Assembly: GCA_965372145.1 (NCBI GenBank)
Contig: CBDVBE010000001.1
Location: forward strand, 1-55,106
Direction of reading: 5' to 3'
DNA from: an uncultured bacterium
Lineage (GTDB): Bacteria > Fibrobacterota > Chitinivibrionia > Chitinivibrionales > JANQEN01
Length of the DNA: 55,106 bases
Both the position numbers and the translations under genes were made by a program. Positions 44,379 to 53,399 of this stretch are shown here, one piece after another. Each line of letters opens with the position of its first letter. Positions within the stretch are counted from its first letter, which is position 1. The notes beneath the pieces are model-generated. The model saw only the letters and a list, made by a program, of their open reading frames with translations. It did no database searches and was not told where the DNA came from.

Positions 44379-45413
44379 TTACGATAAGGCTAATCGTCCT
44401 ATTGCCTCTGCCCTCTCACACAAACTCGGACTCTTCCCTTTCCACAATCCTGTTTCCAGAAACGCGAAACCGTGGCAGCGTGAACAGGCGTTTTTTATAG
44501 TACAGGAGACACACTCTTCAGCAAGCGTCTTTTCATCAGCTCTGAATTGACCGGCTTTATCACTGTGCCAGATTGTTTTAAAGGGTGTGTCAACAAGATT
44601 GCCGAATAGTATCGGCAGGATAATACAGGGATAGACATCGCCGTTCGGTGCAATACCGCAAAGACTTCTTCCTGCATCGCAATGGAGCGCTGACTCGTCA
44701 CGGGTTGTGCTGCATGAGGTTATTGGTTTGATGCCCATATCTTTGAGAAAGGTGCGCTGCTGCTCTCTGGAAAGGGCATAGGGAGATATGGTTTTCCGTT
44801 CAGAGGGAAGTATGCCGGAGTCGCATTCGAATCCGCAGCCCTCTTCATCGGCGATTTTTTCCAGCATAGTATATTCACCGAAGTTTGCACTGGAAACCGA
44901 GTGCTTGATAAGAACTTTAACACCCTGTGCGGTCAGCAGCCGTATTGCCTGCAGTGCATCGTTGAAACTGCCGATAGCGCCGCTGAGTTCATCATGCAGA
45001 ATAGCATTAGCGGCATGCAGACTGATACCGACATCCATGACCCCGAGGTCAGCCAATCCGGCTGCCCATTCCCGGGTGATCAGCAGCCCGTTGGAAATAA
45101 TACTCACTGCAAAGTCATGTTTGCGGGTGCTTGCAAGGATCTCAAGAAAATCATCCCGTAAAAACGGTTCCCCGCCGGAGAACGTGATATAGAGTGTTCC
45201 CATTTCAGCAAGCTGCTTGAGCACGGTGCGCCATTGCTGCAGGGTGAGTTCTGGCTGCTGTGGGTAGGAAGCCTGGTAGCAGTAGTAACAGTGCAGGTTA
45301 CAGTGGTGAGTCAGCTCGATAAACACACTAAGGGGAATAAGCTTTTTCGCGGCTTCGAGGTTTATCTGCTGGGCTATTGTTTTTTCGGGCATAGTGGTTC
45401 TGGATGCTGTCAT
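44379..45413 (-). CDS. radical SAM / SPASM-domain peptide-modifying-type enzyme (PqqE-like)
   Basis: 344-aa ORF. CNLHCYYC (Cx3Cx2C), FSGGEPFLRDDF, and C-terminal CDAGRSLCGIAPNGDVYPC...CVSCTIKNACSRCHG. An alternative start at 45392 (MPEK) would keep the ATG outside the palindromic element. Confidence 0.85.
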   Translation of the reverse strand: MTASRTTMPEKTIAQQINLEAAKKLIPLSVFIELTHHCNLHCYYCYQASYPQQPELTLQQWRTVLKQLAEMGTLYITFSGGEPFLRDDFLEILASTRKHDFAVSIISNGLLITREWAAGLADLGVMDVGISLHAANAILHDELSGAIGSFNDALQAIRLLTAQGVKVLIKHSVSSANFGEYTMLEKIADEEGCGFECDSGILPSERKTISPYALSREQQRTFLKDMGIKPITSCSTTRDESALHCDAGRSLCGIAPNGDVYPCIILPILFGNLVDTPFKTIWHSDKAGQFRADEKTLAEECVSCTIKNACSRCHGFAFLETGLWKGKSPSLCERAEAIGRLALS

Positions 45414-45486
45414 TGCGAGGAGTGTAACGACGAAGCAATCTCGCTATTGTTTAAAAATGGGATTGCCGCGCTTTGCTCGCAATGAC
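45409..45486. repeat. palindromic element between pqqD-like and rSAM genes
   Basis: GTCATTGCGAG (45409-45419) / CTCGCAATGAC (45476-45486) is a perfect 11-bp IR. The inner arms carry ATTGC...GCAAT(C) mini-hairpins. Confidence 0.75.
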
Positions 45487-45490
45487 ACTA

Positions 45491-45784
45491 TCAATTTTCC
45501 TCTTGTTCTACCTCAACCAACTTTTTTTCTAATAATTTCTCAACAAAAACAGTAATATCGTCCGTCAACTTTTCCTCATCAACACCATCAAATTGAGTTT
45601 TGATAGCCTCACAAATCTCATCCGCGGTTTTGGGTGTTTCCAGCAGTTGCCATATAAAGGTACCCACTTCATTAAATCGATGGAGCATGCTGTCCCGCGG
45701 TGTTATCACCAGCATCCGCTCTTCGAACAGCCGTTGTGCGACATTGTCCGCCCGAACAATGGCGGCATTTTTTTCACTAGTCAT
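45491..45784 (-). CDS. PqqD-family (RRE-type) peptide chaperone
   Basis: 97-aa ORF. LVITPRDSMLHRFNEVGTFIWQLL...TADEICEAIKTQFD...DDITVFVEKLLEKKLV follows the PqqD pattern. GAGGA lies 6 nt upstream of the ATG. Confidence 0.7.
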   Translation of the reverse strand: MTSEKNAAIVRADNVAQRLFEERMLVITPRDSMLHRFNEVGTFIWQLLETPKTADEICEAIKTQFDGVDEEKLTDDITVFVEKLLEKKLVEVEQEEN

Positions 45785-45884
45785 TCGTAATCCTCACAGT
45801 TAGTGGGGGTAGTAAAAAATCCAGCATTTCATCTTACCGGTACGAGCGAAATGAAATGCTTAGCTTTTGCTAGGGGGAAACTTC

Positions 45885-46058
45885 CCCATTGGCGCTAACT
45901 TTAGATTTACAAAGCCCCAAAACTGAGGGGAAATATCGAATATTGAATATCGAATGATGAATTTTGAAGTTTTTAAATCTTTATTTTTATTCATTATTCG
46001 AAATTCATCATTCGATATTCAATATTTTCTTTAAAAGAAAGTTTAAGTTAGCGCGTAT
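45885..46058. repeat. long palindromic element with a 26-bp perfect core IR
   Basis: AATATTGAATATCGAATGATGAATTT (45939-45964) and its exact reverse complement (46001-46026). The outer imperfect arms share AAGTTAGCGC. Confidence 0.85.
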
Positions 46059-46118
46059 GGGAAACGTCCTCCACAAAATAGTTATATCTTTTTTTACAAG
46101 AGTTATCTTTATAATAAT

Positions 46119-49100
46119 ATGAATGCCGATTATACTGCAATAAAAAAATTCTGTAAGCGTCACCGGTTTATTTTTGTCACGGCACAGGTCATCAACGCGT
46201 GGCTGCTGTTTTCCGGGATACTCTTCGGGCTTGGGGCAGCCTGTACTGTCGGGTTTGCTTTTTTCCCCTGGACCGTGCTGCCGGTTATATTTGATCTTGC
46301 GTTGGTACTTACCGTTTTTGCCTGTATGATACTACTGATTAACCGGGCTGTTATCCGTTTGCCGAAGCTCGATGTTATTGCAGCGATCCTGGAAAAAAGG
46401 AATGCAGTTGTACACCAATATGTTTCGATAGCTCTGGAGCTTGGGCGGACAGTATCCGGAGGCTCCTCACAGCTTGTTGATTATGTGTGTGCTGCGGCTC
46501 GAAAATCATTCGGCACTTATCCGAAACGAATCACCGGTGTCATTTCCCGAAAAAGAGTTGTGATTTTTTGTATAACCATTGTTACATTTGCCGGTGCCAC
46601 CTATGTCTGTACACCGCGAATGCTCAAATGGTGGGATATCCCGCTGTCGCTGTTTGCACAGGTTTCTGCAACGGTGTACCCGGGTACCATCACAGTCCCC
46701 AGAAATGCGCAGGTGATACTGAGTTGCATACCGCTGGAAACAGTATACCCCTCAGCAGCAGTGTCGCTCGTGAACCTGTCTCTTCATAGTGCTCCCAGGA
46801 CACGGCACCTCCTCCGCCCGGACATGAACGGCAGCTTTACCTATACCCTCGATTCGCTTGCCACATCGTATGCTTATACGTTTACCTTAGGAAAGGAGGC
46901 GTTCGGGCCGGAGACGGTAACCGTGGTGCCGCCGCCGATACTGTACTCGCTGCAGGTAACGCTCACCCCGCCGCGATATACCCGGCGGAAACAGGTGCGG
47001 TTGCAGGAAGGACAGGGATCGATTGCCGCGTATGCCGGTACGCGCGCACACTTTACTATCGGTTCTTTATATCCGTTGCAGTCGGCGCAGTTTATCCCCG
47101 AGCATGGCGACACCGTACCGTTTACCATTAAAGAGGGCATAGCAGCAGGTGAAGTACGACTCTGGCGCCCTGGCAGATACACCTTTACCCTTGAAGATTC
47201 CCTCTTGCAGCAGAGTGATTCACTTCCGTCATTTTATATCAGCCTTCTTCCCGACTATGAGCCGAATGTCCGTATTGTAAAGCCCGGGGTGAATGCAATG
47301 CTTGCGCCTGCGCAGCAGGAAACCCTGTGGGTGGAGGCGGTCGATGACTTCGGTATACGGGAGTTGAAGCTCGCCTGGAAGGTGTCGCATGATGACGTTG
47401 ATACGGTCTACGCGAGGAATATTTTACAAAAAGGGAAGAACCGGAAACTGATCCGCAGGCAGCTGGCATGGGACCTGTCCGACTTGTCTCTCTACCCCGG
47501 TGATACGGTGTTTTACTGGGTCCGTACCCGGGATAATAAACCGTACGGAACACCGCAGGTATGTGTCAGTGATACCTTCTATTTCCGCCTGCCGACCTTT
47601 GCAGAAATTCATAAACGCATTGCCGGCAGGGAAGATGACGCGGAAAAGGCTCTTTCATCAGTACAGAAACTACAGGAAAAGATGGAGAAACGGCTTGAAG
47701 ACCTGATAAAATCGGCAAAGGGGAAAGAATCACTCTCGTGGGAAGAGAAGAAAATCGTTGAAGACCTGGGAAAGAATATGCAGGAGCAGGCTGATTCATT
47801 GACCAAAGCGGTAGAGGCCCTGCAGGAAGCTGTTGAGAAAATGAGGGAATCGTCGGTAAGCAGTGAGATTCTTGACAAGATGGATGAAGTGCAGAAAACA
47901 TTACGGGAGCTGATTGAAGAGTACGGTGACAGCCTGTTGTTTCAAGCGCCGAAGCCGGATGAAAAGTTGAGCTGGCGGGATATGAAAAATGCGGTTGAGA
48001 AAATGACGGAAATGCTTCCCGATCTGAAGGACAGACTTGATAATGCGCTGAAATATCTTGAGATGCTGAAAAAGGAGAATGAGCGTGCGCTTCTTGCGCA
48101 GCAAGCGAGAAAACTTGCCGAACAGCAGATGCAGATCGCGCAGTCAAAGGATGCTGAAAATAAACAGCTCTGCAGGCAGAAGGATTTATCACAAAAAATT
48201 AAAGAGCTTCTTGATAAGCTGCGGGACAAATTGGACGATGATAGCCCAGTCGGATTAAAAGATATTCCTTCGCACCAGCAGGTTGATAAACAGCAGAAAG
48301 CTATGCAGAAGCAGCTCGCTGCACAAAATATGCCGGGTATGAGTGCAATGAACCGGATGAGTGCAGGATTGCAGTCGATGTCTGAAGAGCTGGAATCCAC
48401 GCTCAGCAGTGTTATGGCGGCAAAGGCTATGCAGGATCGGGAGACCCTGCTGGATATGGCGCAGGATGGCCTTAACCTTTCCCAGTGGCAGGAGTGGCTG
48501 AAACAGTCCATGGGTGGTTCTATTGATAAGAAACTTTCGGCAGCGGAACAGCAGGCACTGAAAGAAGCTTTACGGACCAGCATGAAAAAACTTGACAGTC
48601 TGCAAGCTGTCCCGCCCGCTCTGCTTCAGAAGATTCAGGGTGATGCCGGCAAAGCCATGCAGGCAATGAACGGCGCCTTACAGTCGATGAGCGGCAGTAG
48701 GCCCGGGTCCGGTATGAAACAGGCGGTGAACGGCCTTAACGCGTTGACTGAGACGCTGCTCTCCTCTGCCAACAGTATGCAGCCGGGGAGCGGCGGGCAG
48801 GGAGGTACCGGCAGTATGATGGGCGGATTACGCAAACTTTCCGCGAAGCAGGCTGCTATTAATTCAGCCACGGCTGAACTGCTGCGTCAGATGTTCTCAC
48901 AGTCAATGAAAGAGGGTGGCAGCGGGTCGCAGATGGGACAGAATGCCGAGGCCGCCCGAAAAGCAGCCGGGCGCGCACAACGCCGGCTAGCGGACCAGCT
49001 TGAAGAGTTGGGTGAAAAGTATGGGGACGGTGCTGGGAAAGGGCTGGCAAAACGGGTAAAGGAGCTTGAGAAGGAGGCACGGCGTATTGCAAAGATGCTT

Positions 49101-49394
49101 GAAAAACCGCAACCGCAGGTGCAGGATCGTCAGGACCGCTTTCTCGTTCGTATGCTGCAGACCACCCTCTCAATGCATAGACAGGATGAAGGTAAAGAGG
49201 AACGGAAGTCGAAATCCGCGGTAACAATTTATTCTGATCAAACCGGCGATGCCTATGAGGGCGGGTTTGATGAAACAGATACCTTCTATAAACTCCGCAT
49301 GAAAGCGCTTGACGGCAACTTTCCCGATTCCTACCGGCAGAATGTGCAGAAGTATTTTGATGCGTTGGGTGAGTTGTTTTTAAAGGAAAAATAG
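46119..49394 (+). CDS. large membrane-anchored coiled-coil / low-complexity protein (possibly DUF4175-like)
   Basis: 1091-aa ORF. Three or four N-terminal hydrophobic helices, Ig-like beta-rich middle, then about 600 aa of E/K/Q/A/M-rich coiled-coil and G/S/M low complexity. The family assignment is tentative. Confidence 0.8.
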   Translation: MNADYTAIKKFCKRHRFIFVTAQVINAWLLFSGILFGLGAACTVGFAFFPWTVLPVIFDLALVLTVFACMILLINRAVIRLPKLDVIAAILEKRNAVVHQYVSIALELGRTVSGGSSQLVDYVCAAARKSFGTYPKRITGVISRKRVVIFCITIVTFAGATYVCTPRMLKWWDIPLSLFAQVSATVYPGTITVPRNAQVILSCIPLETVYPSAAVSLVNLSLHSAPRTRHLLRPDMNGSFTYTLDSLATSYAYTFTLGKEAFGPETVTVVPPPILYSLQVTLTPPRYTRRKQVRLQEGQGSIAAYAGTRAHFTIGSLYPLQSAQFIPEHGDTVPFTIKEGIAAGEVRLWRPGRYTFTLEDSLLQQSDSLPSFYISLLPDYEPNVRIVKPGVNAMLAPAQQETLWVEAVDDFGIRELKLAWKVSHDDVDTVYARNILQKGKNRKLIRRQLAWDLSDLSLYPGDTVFYWVRTRDNKPYGTPQVCVSDTFYFRLPTFAEIHKRIAGREDDAEKALSSVQKLQEKMEKRLEDLIKSAKGKESLSWEEKKIVEDLGKNMQEQADSLTKAVEALQEAVEKMRESSVSSEILDKMDEVQKTLRELIEEYGDSLLFQAPKPDEKLSWRDMKNAVEKMTEMLPDLKDRLDNALKYLEMLKKENERALLAQQARKLAEQQMQIAQSKDAENKQLCRQKDLSQKIKELLDKLRDKLDDDSPVGLKDIPSHQQVDKQQKAMQKQLAAQNMPGMSAMNRMSAGLQSMSEELESTLSSVMAAKAMQDRETLLDMAQDGLNLSQWQEWLKQSMGGSIDKKLSAAEQQALKEALRTSMKKLDSLQAVPPALLQKIQGDAGKAMQAMNGALQSMSGSRPGSGMKQAVNGLNALTETLLSSANSMQPGSGGQGGTGSMMGGLRKLSAKQAAINSATAELLRQMFSQSMKEGGSGSQMGQNAEAARKAAGRAQRRLADQLEELGEKYGDGAGKGLAKRVKELEKEARRIAKMLEKPQPQVQDRQDRFLVRMLQTTLSMHRQDEGKEERKSKSAVTIYSDQTGDAYEGGFDETDTFYKLRMKALDGNFPDSYRQNVQKYFDALGELFLKEK

Positions 49395-49434
49395 TAGCCG
49401 TTCACGGGTTCAGGGTTGAAATCCAAAATTGTTT

Positions 49435-49530
49435 GATTGCGGATTGTGGAATGTTGATTGTGGAATGCGGATTGGGGATTGCGGATTGAAAAAATCCAAA
49501 ATCCAAAATCCAAAATCCAAAATCCAAAAT
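49435..49530. repeat. opposed heptanucleotide tandem repeats
   Basis: About 8 degenerate units of GATTGNG (49435-49488), then 5 perfect AAAATCC units (49491-49525). The two blocks are roughly complementary (GGATT / AATCC). Confidence 0.85.
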
Positions 49531-49809
49531 TAAAAAATGTTTACAAACTCAAGCATTATCACAACGTTTTTTTACAGAAAAACGTGATTTAACCTTTGAA
49601 CGGTTACCTTTTTTTATACTATTTTCTACTTCAATTACACGTGCATTAATGATATTATTAGACTCTCTGTCTGAAAAAGCTACGTTTTTTAGTAGATTTT
49701 TCAGGCATAGAGAGTTTTATCCAGCTTCGCTGGGTTAGACTTCATAAAAATGAAATAATACTGTATATTGAATTAATTCATCAACATATTAACTGCACTG
49801 GAGGGATTA

Positions 49810-52023
49810 ATGAACAACCTCTATCTTTATGGCCCTATAGGAGCCGCTGTTCTGGCTCTTATCTACGCTTTTATTAAAGCTTCCTGGGTCGAGAAACAGG
49901 ATCCCGGTAATGAACGGATGCAGAAGATCGGTGGCTGGATAGCTGATGGTGCAATGGCCTTTATGAGAAGGGAATATAAGGTTCTTGCTGTTTTTATTAT
50001 TGCAGTAGCCGTTGCTTTGGGAGCATCAAATGCCGGCCTGGAAGATTCCTCCTGGATGATTGCCGTATCCTTTATTGCCGGTGCCCTTTGTTCGGCTCTT
50101 GCCGGTTTTATCGGCATGAAAGTTGCCACAAAGGCCAATATCCGTACGGCAAGTGCCGCCCGTAAAGGATTAAACGGAGCCCTTCAGGTAGCATTTTCCG
50201 GAGGCTCGGTTATGGGGCTCTGTGTAGTCGGTCTTGCGTTGATGGGACTTGGTGCGCTGTTTATTATATACAGCAAGATGTACGGTGTTGAAACAGAGGG
50301 TACTCTGACTCTTACTCTCAATGTACTATCCGGATTCTCACTCGGCGCATCCTCAATAGCGCTTTTTGCCCGCGTTGGCGGCGGTATATACACTAAGGCA
50401 GCCGACGTTGGTGCCGACCTTGTCGGTAAAGTTGAAGCCGGTATCCCGGAAGACCACCCTTTGAATCCCGCTACTATAGCAGATAACGTTGGGGATAATG
50501 TCGGAGACGTCGCCGGTATGGGAGCCGACCTGTTTGAGTCGTATGTCGGCTCAATCGTTTCTTCCATGATTCTCGGAACCGCCTGGGCAGCAGGTCTTGC
50601 AAAGCTGGGTGGAGACAATATGGGAGCAGTCTATCTGCCGCTTGTCCTCGGTATGATCGGGATACTCTGTTCAATTATCGGGACTTTTTTTGTTAAAACC
50701 AAAGAGGGAGGCAACCCTCAAACCGCTCTTAATACGGGTACTTTCGGTGCAGCGATTCTGATGATTATATCCACCATAGCAGTTACCAGGTATATGATAC
50801 CCCAGGGCTCTATTGAAGTCATAAATGTACTTAAACCCTCGGCCGAACCACAGGTATATCAATGGTGGGGACTGGCAGTAGCCGTATTCGGCGGGCTGCT
50901 TGCCGGCACTCTTATTGGTATAACAACAGAATATTATACGGCGACTGAGCGAACTCCGGTTAATAAAATAATAGAGTCGGCTCGTACAGGTCCGGCTACT
51001 ACAATAATCCAGGGGCTCGCACTCGGTATGAATTCTACAACGATTCCTATTCTCCTCATCTGTGCGGCCATAATCGTGGCATACCTGTTTGCCGGGCTTT
51101 TTGGTGTGGCACTTTCCGCGGTTGGCATGCTTTCGACTACCGGTATCCAACTGGCAGTTGATGCCTATGGACCGATTGCCGACAATGCCGGCGGCATTGC
51201 TGAAATGGCGCAGTTAGGCCGGGAGGTAAGAGCCCGTACTGATAAGCTCGATGCTGTCGGGAATACAACAGCCGCTGTTGGTAAGGGTTTTGCCATTGGT
51301 TCAGCCGCACTCACTGCTCTGGCTATGACCTCAGCTTATATTACCAAGATGAACGGCAGGGTCGAAATTAATGCTGCAGACCCGTTTGTTCTTGTCGGGC
51401 TTTTAATCGGCTGCATGCTTCCCTTCAGGTTTTCAGCCATGGCCATGGTTGCCGTGGGACAAGCTGCTCAGGATATGATAAATGAAGTGAGAAGGCAGTT
51501 CCGGGAAATACCCGAGCTTAAACCGGCGCTTCTGGCGGCCCGGAAGGCTGAGAGCGAAGAGAGGGAGCCGAACGAAGAAGAAATGAAGATTATTCATGCT
51601 GCAGACGACAAAGCGCAATATTCTCATTGTGTTGAGATTGCTACCAGCGCAGCAATTCAGAAAATGATTGTTCCCGGACTTATTGCTATTGTTGTTCCCG
51701 TGGCAATTGGCCTGATTCCGGTGTATGGCCCGAATATGCTTGGCGGACTGCTGATTGGCTGTACTATTTCAGGGGTATGCATGGCTATCTTCCAGTCCAA
51801 TGCCGGCGGTGCATGGGATAACTCAAAAAAGCAGGTAAAAGACGGCGGCCATGCTGTATATGGCGATGCGTATGACGAAATGCATAAAGCCACGGTAACG
51901 GGAGATACGGTTGGGGATCCTCTGAAGGACACCTCAGGCCCGAGCCTGAATATACTTATCAAGCTGGTTTCAGTTGTTGCCATGATTATCGCGCCTATTC
52001 TGTATGCCTTGCATTTCAAATAA
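49810..52023 (+). CDS. hppA: membrane-integral pyrophosphate-energised cation pump (K+-dependent type by signature)
   Basis: 737-aa [42 protein letters not shown] and [32 protein letters not shown] has Ala rather than Lys, which is the K+-dependent subfamily signature. GGAGGG RBS upstream. Confidence 0.92.
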   Translation: MNNLYLYGPIGAAVLALIYAFIKASWVEKQDPGNERMQKIGGWIADGAMAFMRREYKVLAVFIIAVAVALGASNAGLEDSSWMIAVSFIAGALCSALAGFIGMKVATKANIRTASAARKGLNGALQVAFSGGSVMGLCVVGLALMGLGALFIIYSKMYGVETEGTLTLTLNVLSGFSLGASSIALFARVGGGIYTKAADVGADLVGKVEAGIPEDHPLNPATIADNVGDNVGDVAGMGADLFESYVGSIVSSMILGTAWAAGLAKLGGDNMGAVYLPLVLGMIGILCSIIGTFFVKTKEGGNPQTALNTGTFGAAILMIISTIAVTRYMIPQGSIEVINVLKPSAEPQVYQWWGLAVAVFGGLLAGTLIGITTEYYTATERTPVNKIIESARTGPATTIIQGLALGMNSTTIPILLICAAIIVAYLFAGLFGVALSAVGMLSTTGIQLAVDAYGPIADNAGGIAEMAQLGREVRARTDKLDAVGNTTAAVGKGFAIGSAALTALAMTSAYITKMNGRVEINAADPFVLVGLLIGCMLPFRFSAMAMVAVGQAAQDMINEVRRQFREIPELKPALLAARKAESEEREPNEEEMKIIHAADDKAQYSHCVEIATSAAIQKMIVPGLIAIVVPVAIGLIPVYGPNMLGGLLIGCTISGVCMAIFQSNAGGAWDNSKKQVKDGGHAVYGDAYDEMHKATVTGDTVGDPLKDTSGPSLNILIKLVSVVAMIIAPILYALHFK

Positions 52024-52050
52024 GTCGATTTCATCATTATATTGATTAAA

Positions 52051-52079
52051 GGGACGTGGTTTACCGCGTCCCTTTTTTT
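52051..52079 (+). terminator. intrinsic terminator of hppA
   Basis: GGGACG-(loop)-CGTCCC hairpin at 52051-52072, followed by TTTTTTT. Confidence 0.7.
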
Positions 52080-52275
52080 ATACCCGGTGAATTGTACCAT
52101 TTGAAGGGGTCGCCTGAGATCCAGTTGAAGCCTGAATTAATTATTGTTTTCTCACAGAAAACACTTATTAAGAAAACACCTCCTTTTCAACCCCCAATAG
52201 TTAAAAAAAATGGGTACAATTAATAATAAGGACCCAGTACTTTTTCTCAGTAAACCAGGGACATGAGGGAAGTGA

Positions 52276-52914
52276 GTGAAAATGACCCGGAAAAAGCCGA
52301 TACTATTTCTGTTATTGTGTCTCTCCTTTCAGCTTTCTCAAGCATTTGTGCTGTCCCCTTCAGACACCCTGAAAATTACCATGTTAGGATCGGCGATTCT
52401 AAAAAGCAAATCCCCATTTCTTGTCGAGTTCAACAAGCAGGCAGGTATAAGTTTCTCATCGCGTCATGCGATAAATCATAACGCCTATGTCTATATGTCT
52501 GTGAACGGGGTGAAAAAAGAGGGGATACCCTTTTTGGATGAGGGATATGTTGCAGTAAGGAGAAATGGTTATTCAGCATCGGGAGGGGTGCTGAAAAAGG
52601 AATTCGGCAAGTGCAGAATATTTAAATCAACGACCCTGTATGATCCGAAAATGGAAAAGGTTGTGTTGTGGGATGTGTTCGGTAAATGCCGGGTATATAA
52701 ATCAGCAACGAGATATGACCCTATGGTAAGAAACTGGGTATTATGGGATGCTGAAGGCTTGGGGTTTTCATTTGAAAAGGAACTAAAGCGGGTTGGCATA
52801 CAGGGCGCTTATACTATTAACCTGGAGAGAGATAAGGCGTTATATCTGCTTGGGAAAATCAGGTATAAAGGCCTCCAAGGCCGGTATTCTCTGGGGTATG
52901 CAATCATTGGCTGA
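52276..52914 (+). CDS. secreted/outer-membrane hypothetical protein, N-terminal part (probably frameshifted with the next ORF)
   Basis: 212-aa ORF. Signal peptide MKMTRKKPILFLLLCLSFQLSQA. Internal ~25-aa tandem repeat FGKCR(I/V)(F/Y)KS(T/A)T.YDP......VLWD(V/A). Confidence 0.55.
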   Translation: MKMTRKKPILFLLLCLSFQLSQAFVLSPSDTLKITMLGSAILKSKSPFLVEFNKQAGISFSSRHAINHNAYVYMSVNGVKKEGIPFLDEGYVAVRRNGYSASGGVLKKEFGKCRIFKSTTLYDPKMEKVVLWDVFGKCRVYKSATRYDPMVRNWVLWDAEGLGFSFEKELKRVGIQGAYTINLERDKALYLLGKIRYKGLQGRYSLGYAIIG

Positions 52915-53386
52915 TGGTACCCGGGACGACCATATAATTACCGGCGCTGAGATTTTCCTTGATAACCGTTTACTCTTCGTGCATACTGTTTGTAAATACG
53001 ATTATACAACCCGATTTAATTGTCCCGATACTGAACCGCTGCATACAGGAAGACTGTTTGCAGGATATATTGAAGCACGTATGAGGGTTTTGCCGTTTGC
53101 TGATATGAATGTATTAGCCTTTTATAAAAGCTATTCAGACCAGATGAATGCCAGATCAAAATATGGCGGATTTATTTGTGAACTCATGCTGAATAAGTTT
53201 TTTGGCATTGGCTGTGGATTTGAGAGGCTCAGTAAAAACAGAGAGGCAGTCACTTCACCGGAAATTTTCATTACCCTCAAGCCGATTAAAGACCACACAG
53301 CAATCAAGCTCAGTTTTAAAAATAGAAAAAAAGAGGAGTCTCTTGGCCCGGGGAAATGGTCGGGAAGTGTCTGGTTTGAGCTTTGA
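52793..53386 (+). CDS. hypothetical protein, likely the C-terminal continuation of 52276-52914 in the +1 frame
   Basis: This 197-aa ORF overlaps the previous ORF by 122 nt. The beta-strand-like alternation continues from about ADGTRDDHIITGAEIF. No RBS or signal peptide of its own. Confidence 0.4.
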   Translation: MAYRALILLTWREIRRYICLGKSGIKASKAGILWGMQSLADGTRDDHIITGAEIFLDNRLLFVHTVCKYDYTTRFNCPDTEPLHTGRLFAGYIEARMRVLPFADMNVLAFYKSYSDQMNARSKYGGFICELMLNKFFGIGCGFERLSKNREAVTSPEIFITLKPIKDHTAIKLSFKNRKKEESLGPGKWSGSVWFEL

Positions 53387-53399
53387 TTAATTCATTATT

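Noticed and set aside
47566-48583. Two long antisense ORFs (208 and 213 aa) on the minus strand inside the 1091-aa gene
   Set aside because: Their translations are low-complexity Ser/Cys/Ala/Phe-rich strings with no motifs. They mirror the GAA/AAG/GCA-rich coiled-coil codons of the plus-strand gene, which has clear domain organisation. They are a compositional artefact.
49435-49530. Possible CRISPR array
   Set aside because: The period is 7 nt, there are no unique spacers, and there are no cas genes. It is a microsatellite-like heptamer array, not a CRISPR.
50184-51150. Antisense ORFs of 144 and 159 aa inside hppA
   Set aside because: The plus-strand frame carries unmistakable pyrophosphatase motifs along its whole length. 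The antisense products are Pro/Ser/Arg-rich with no features.
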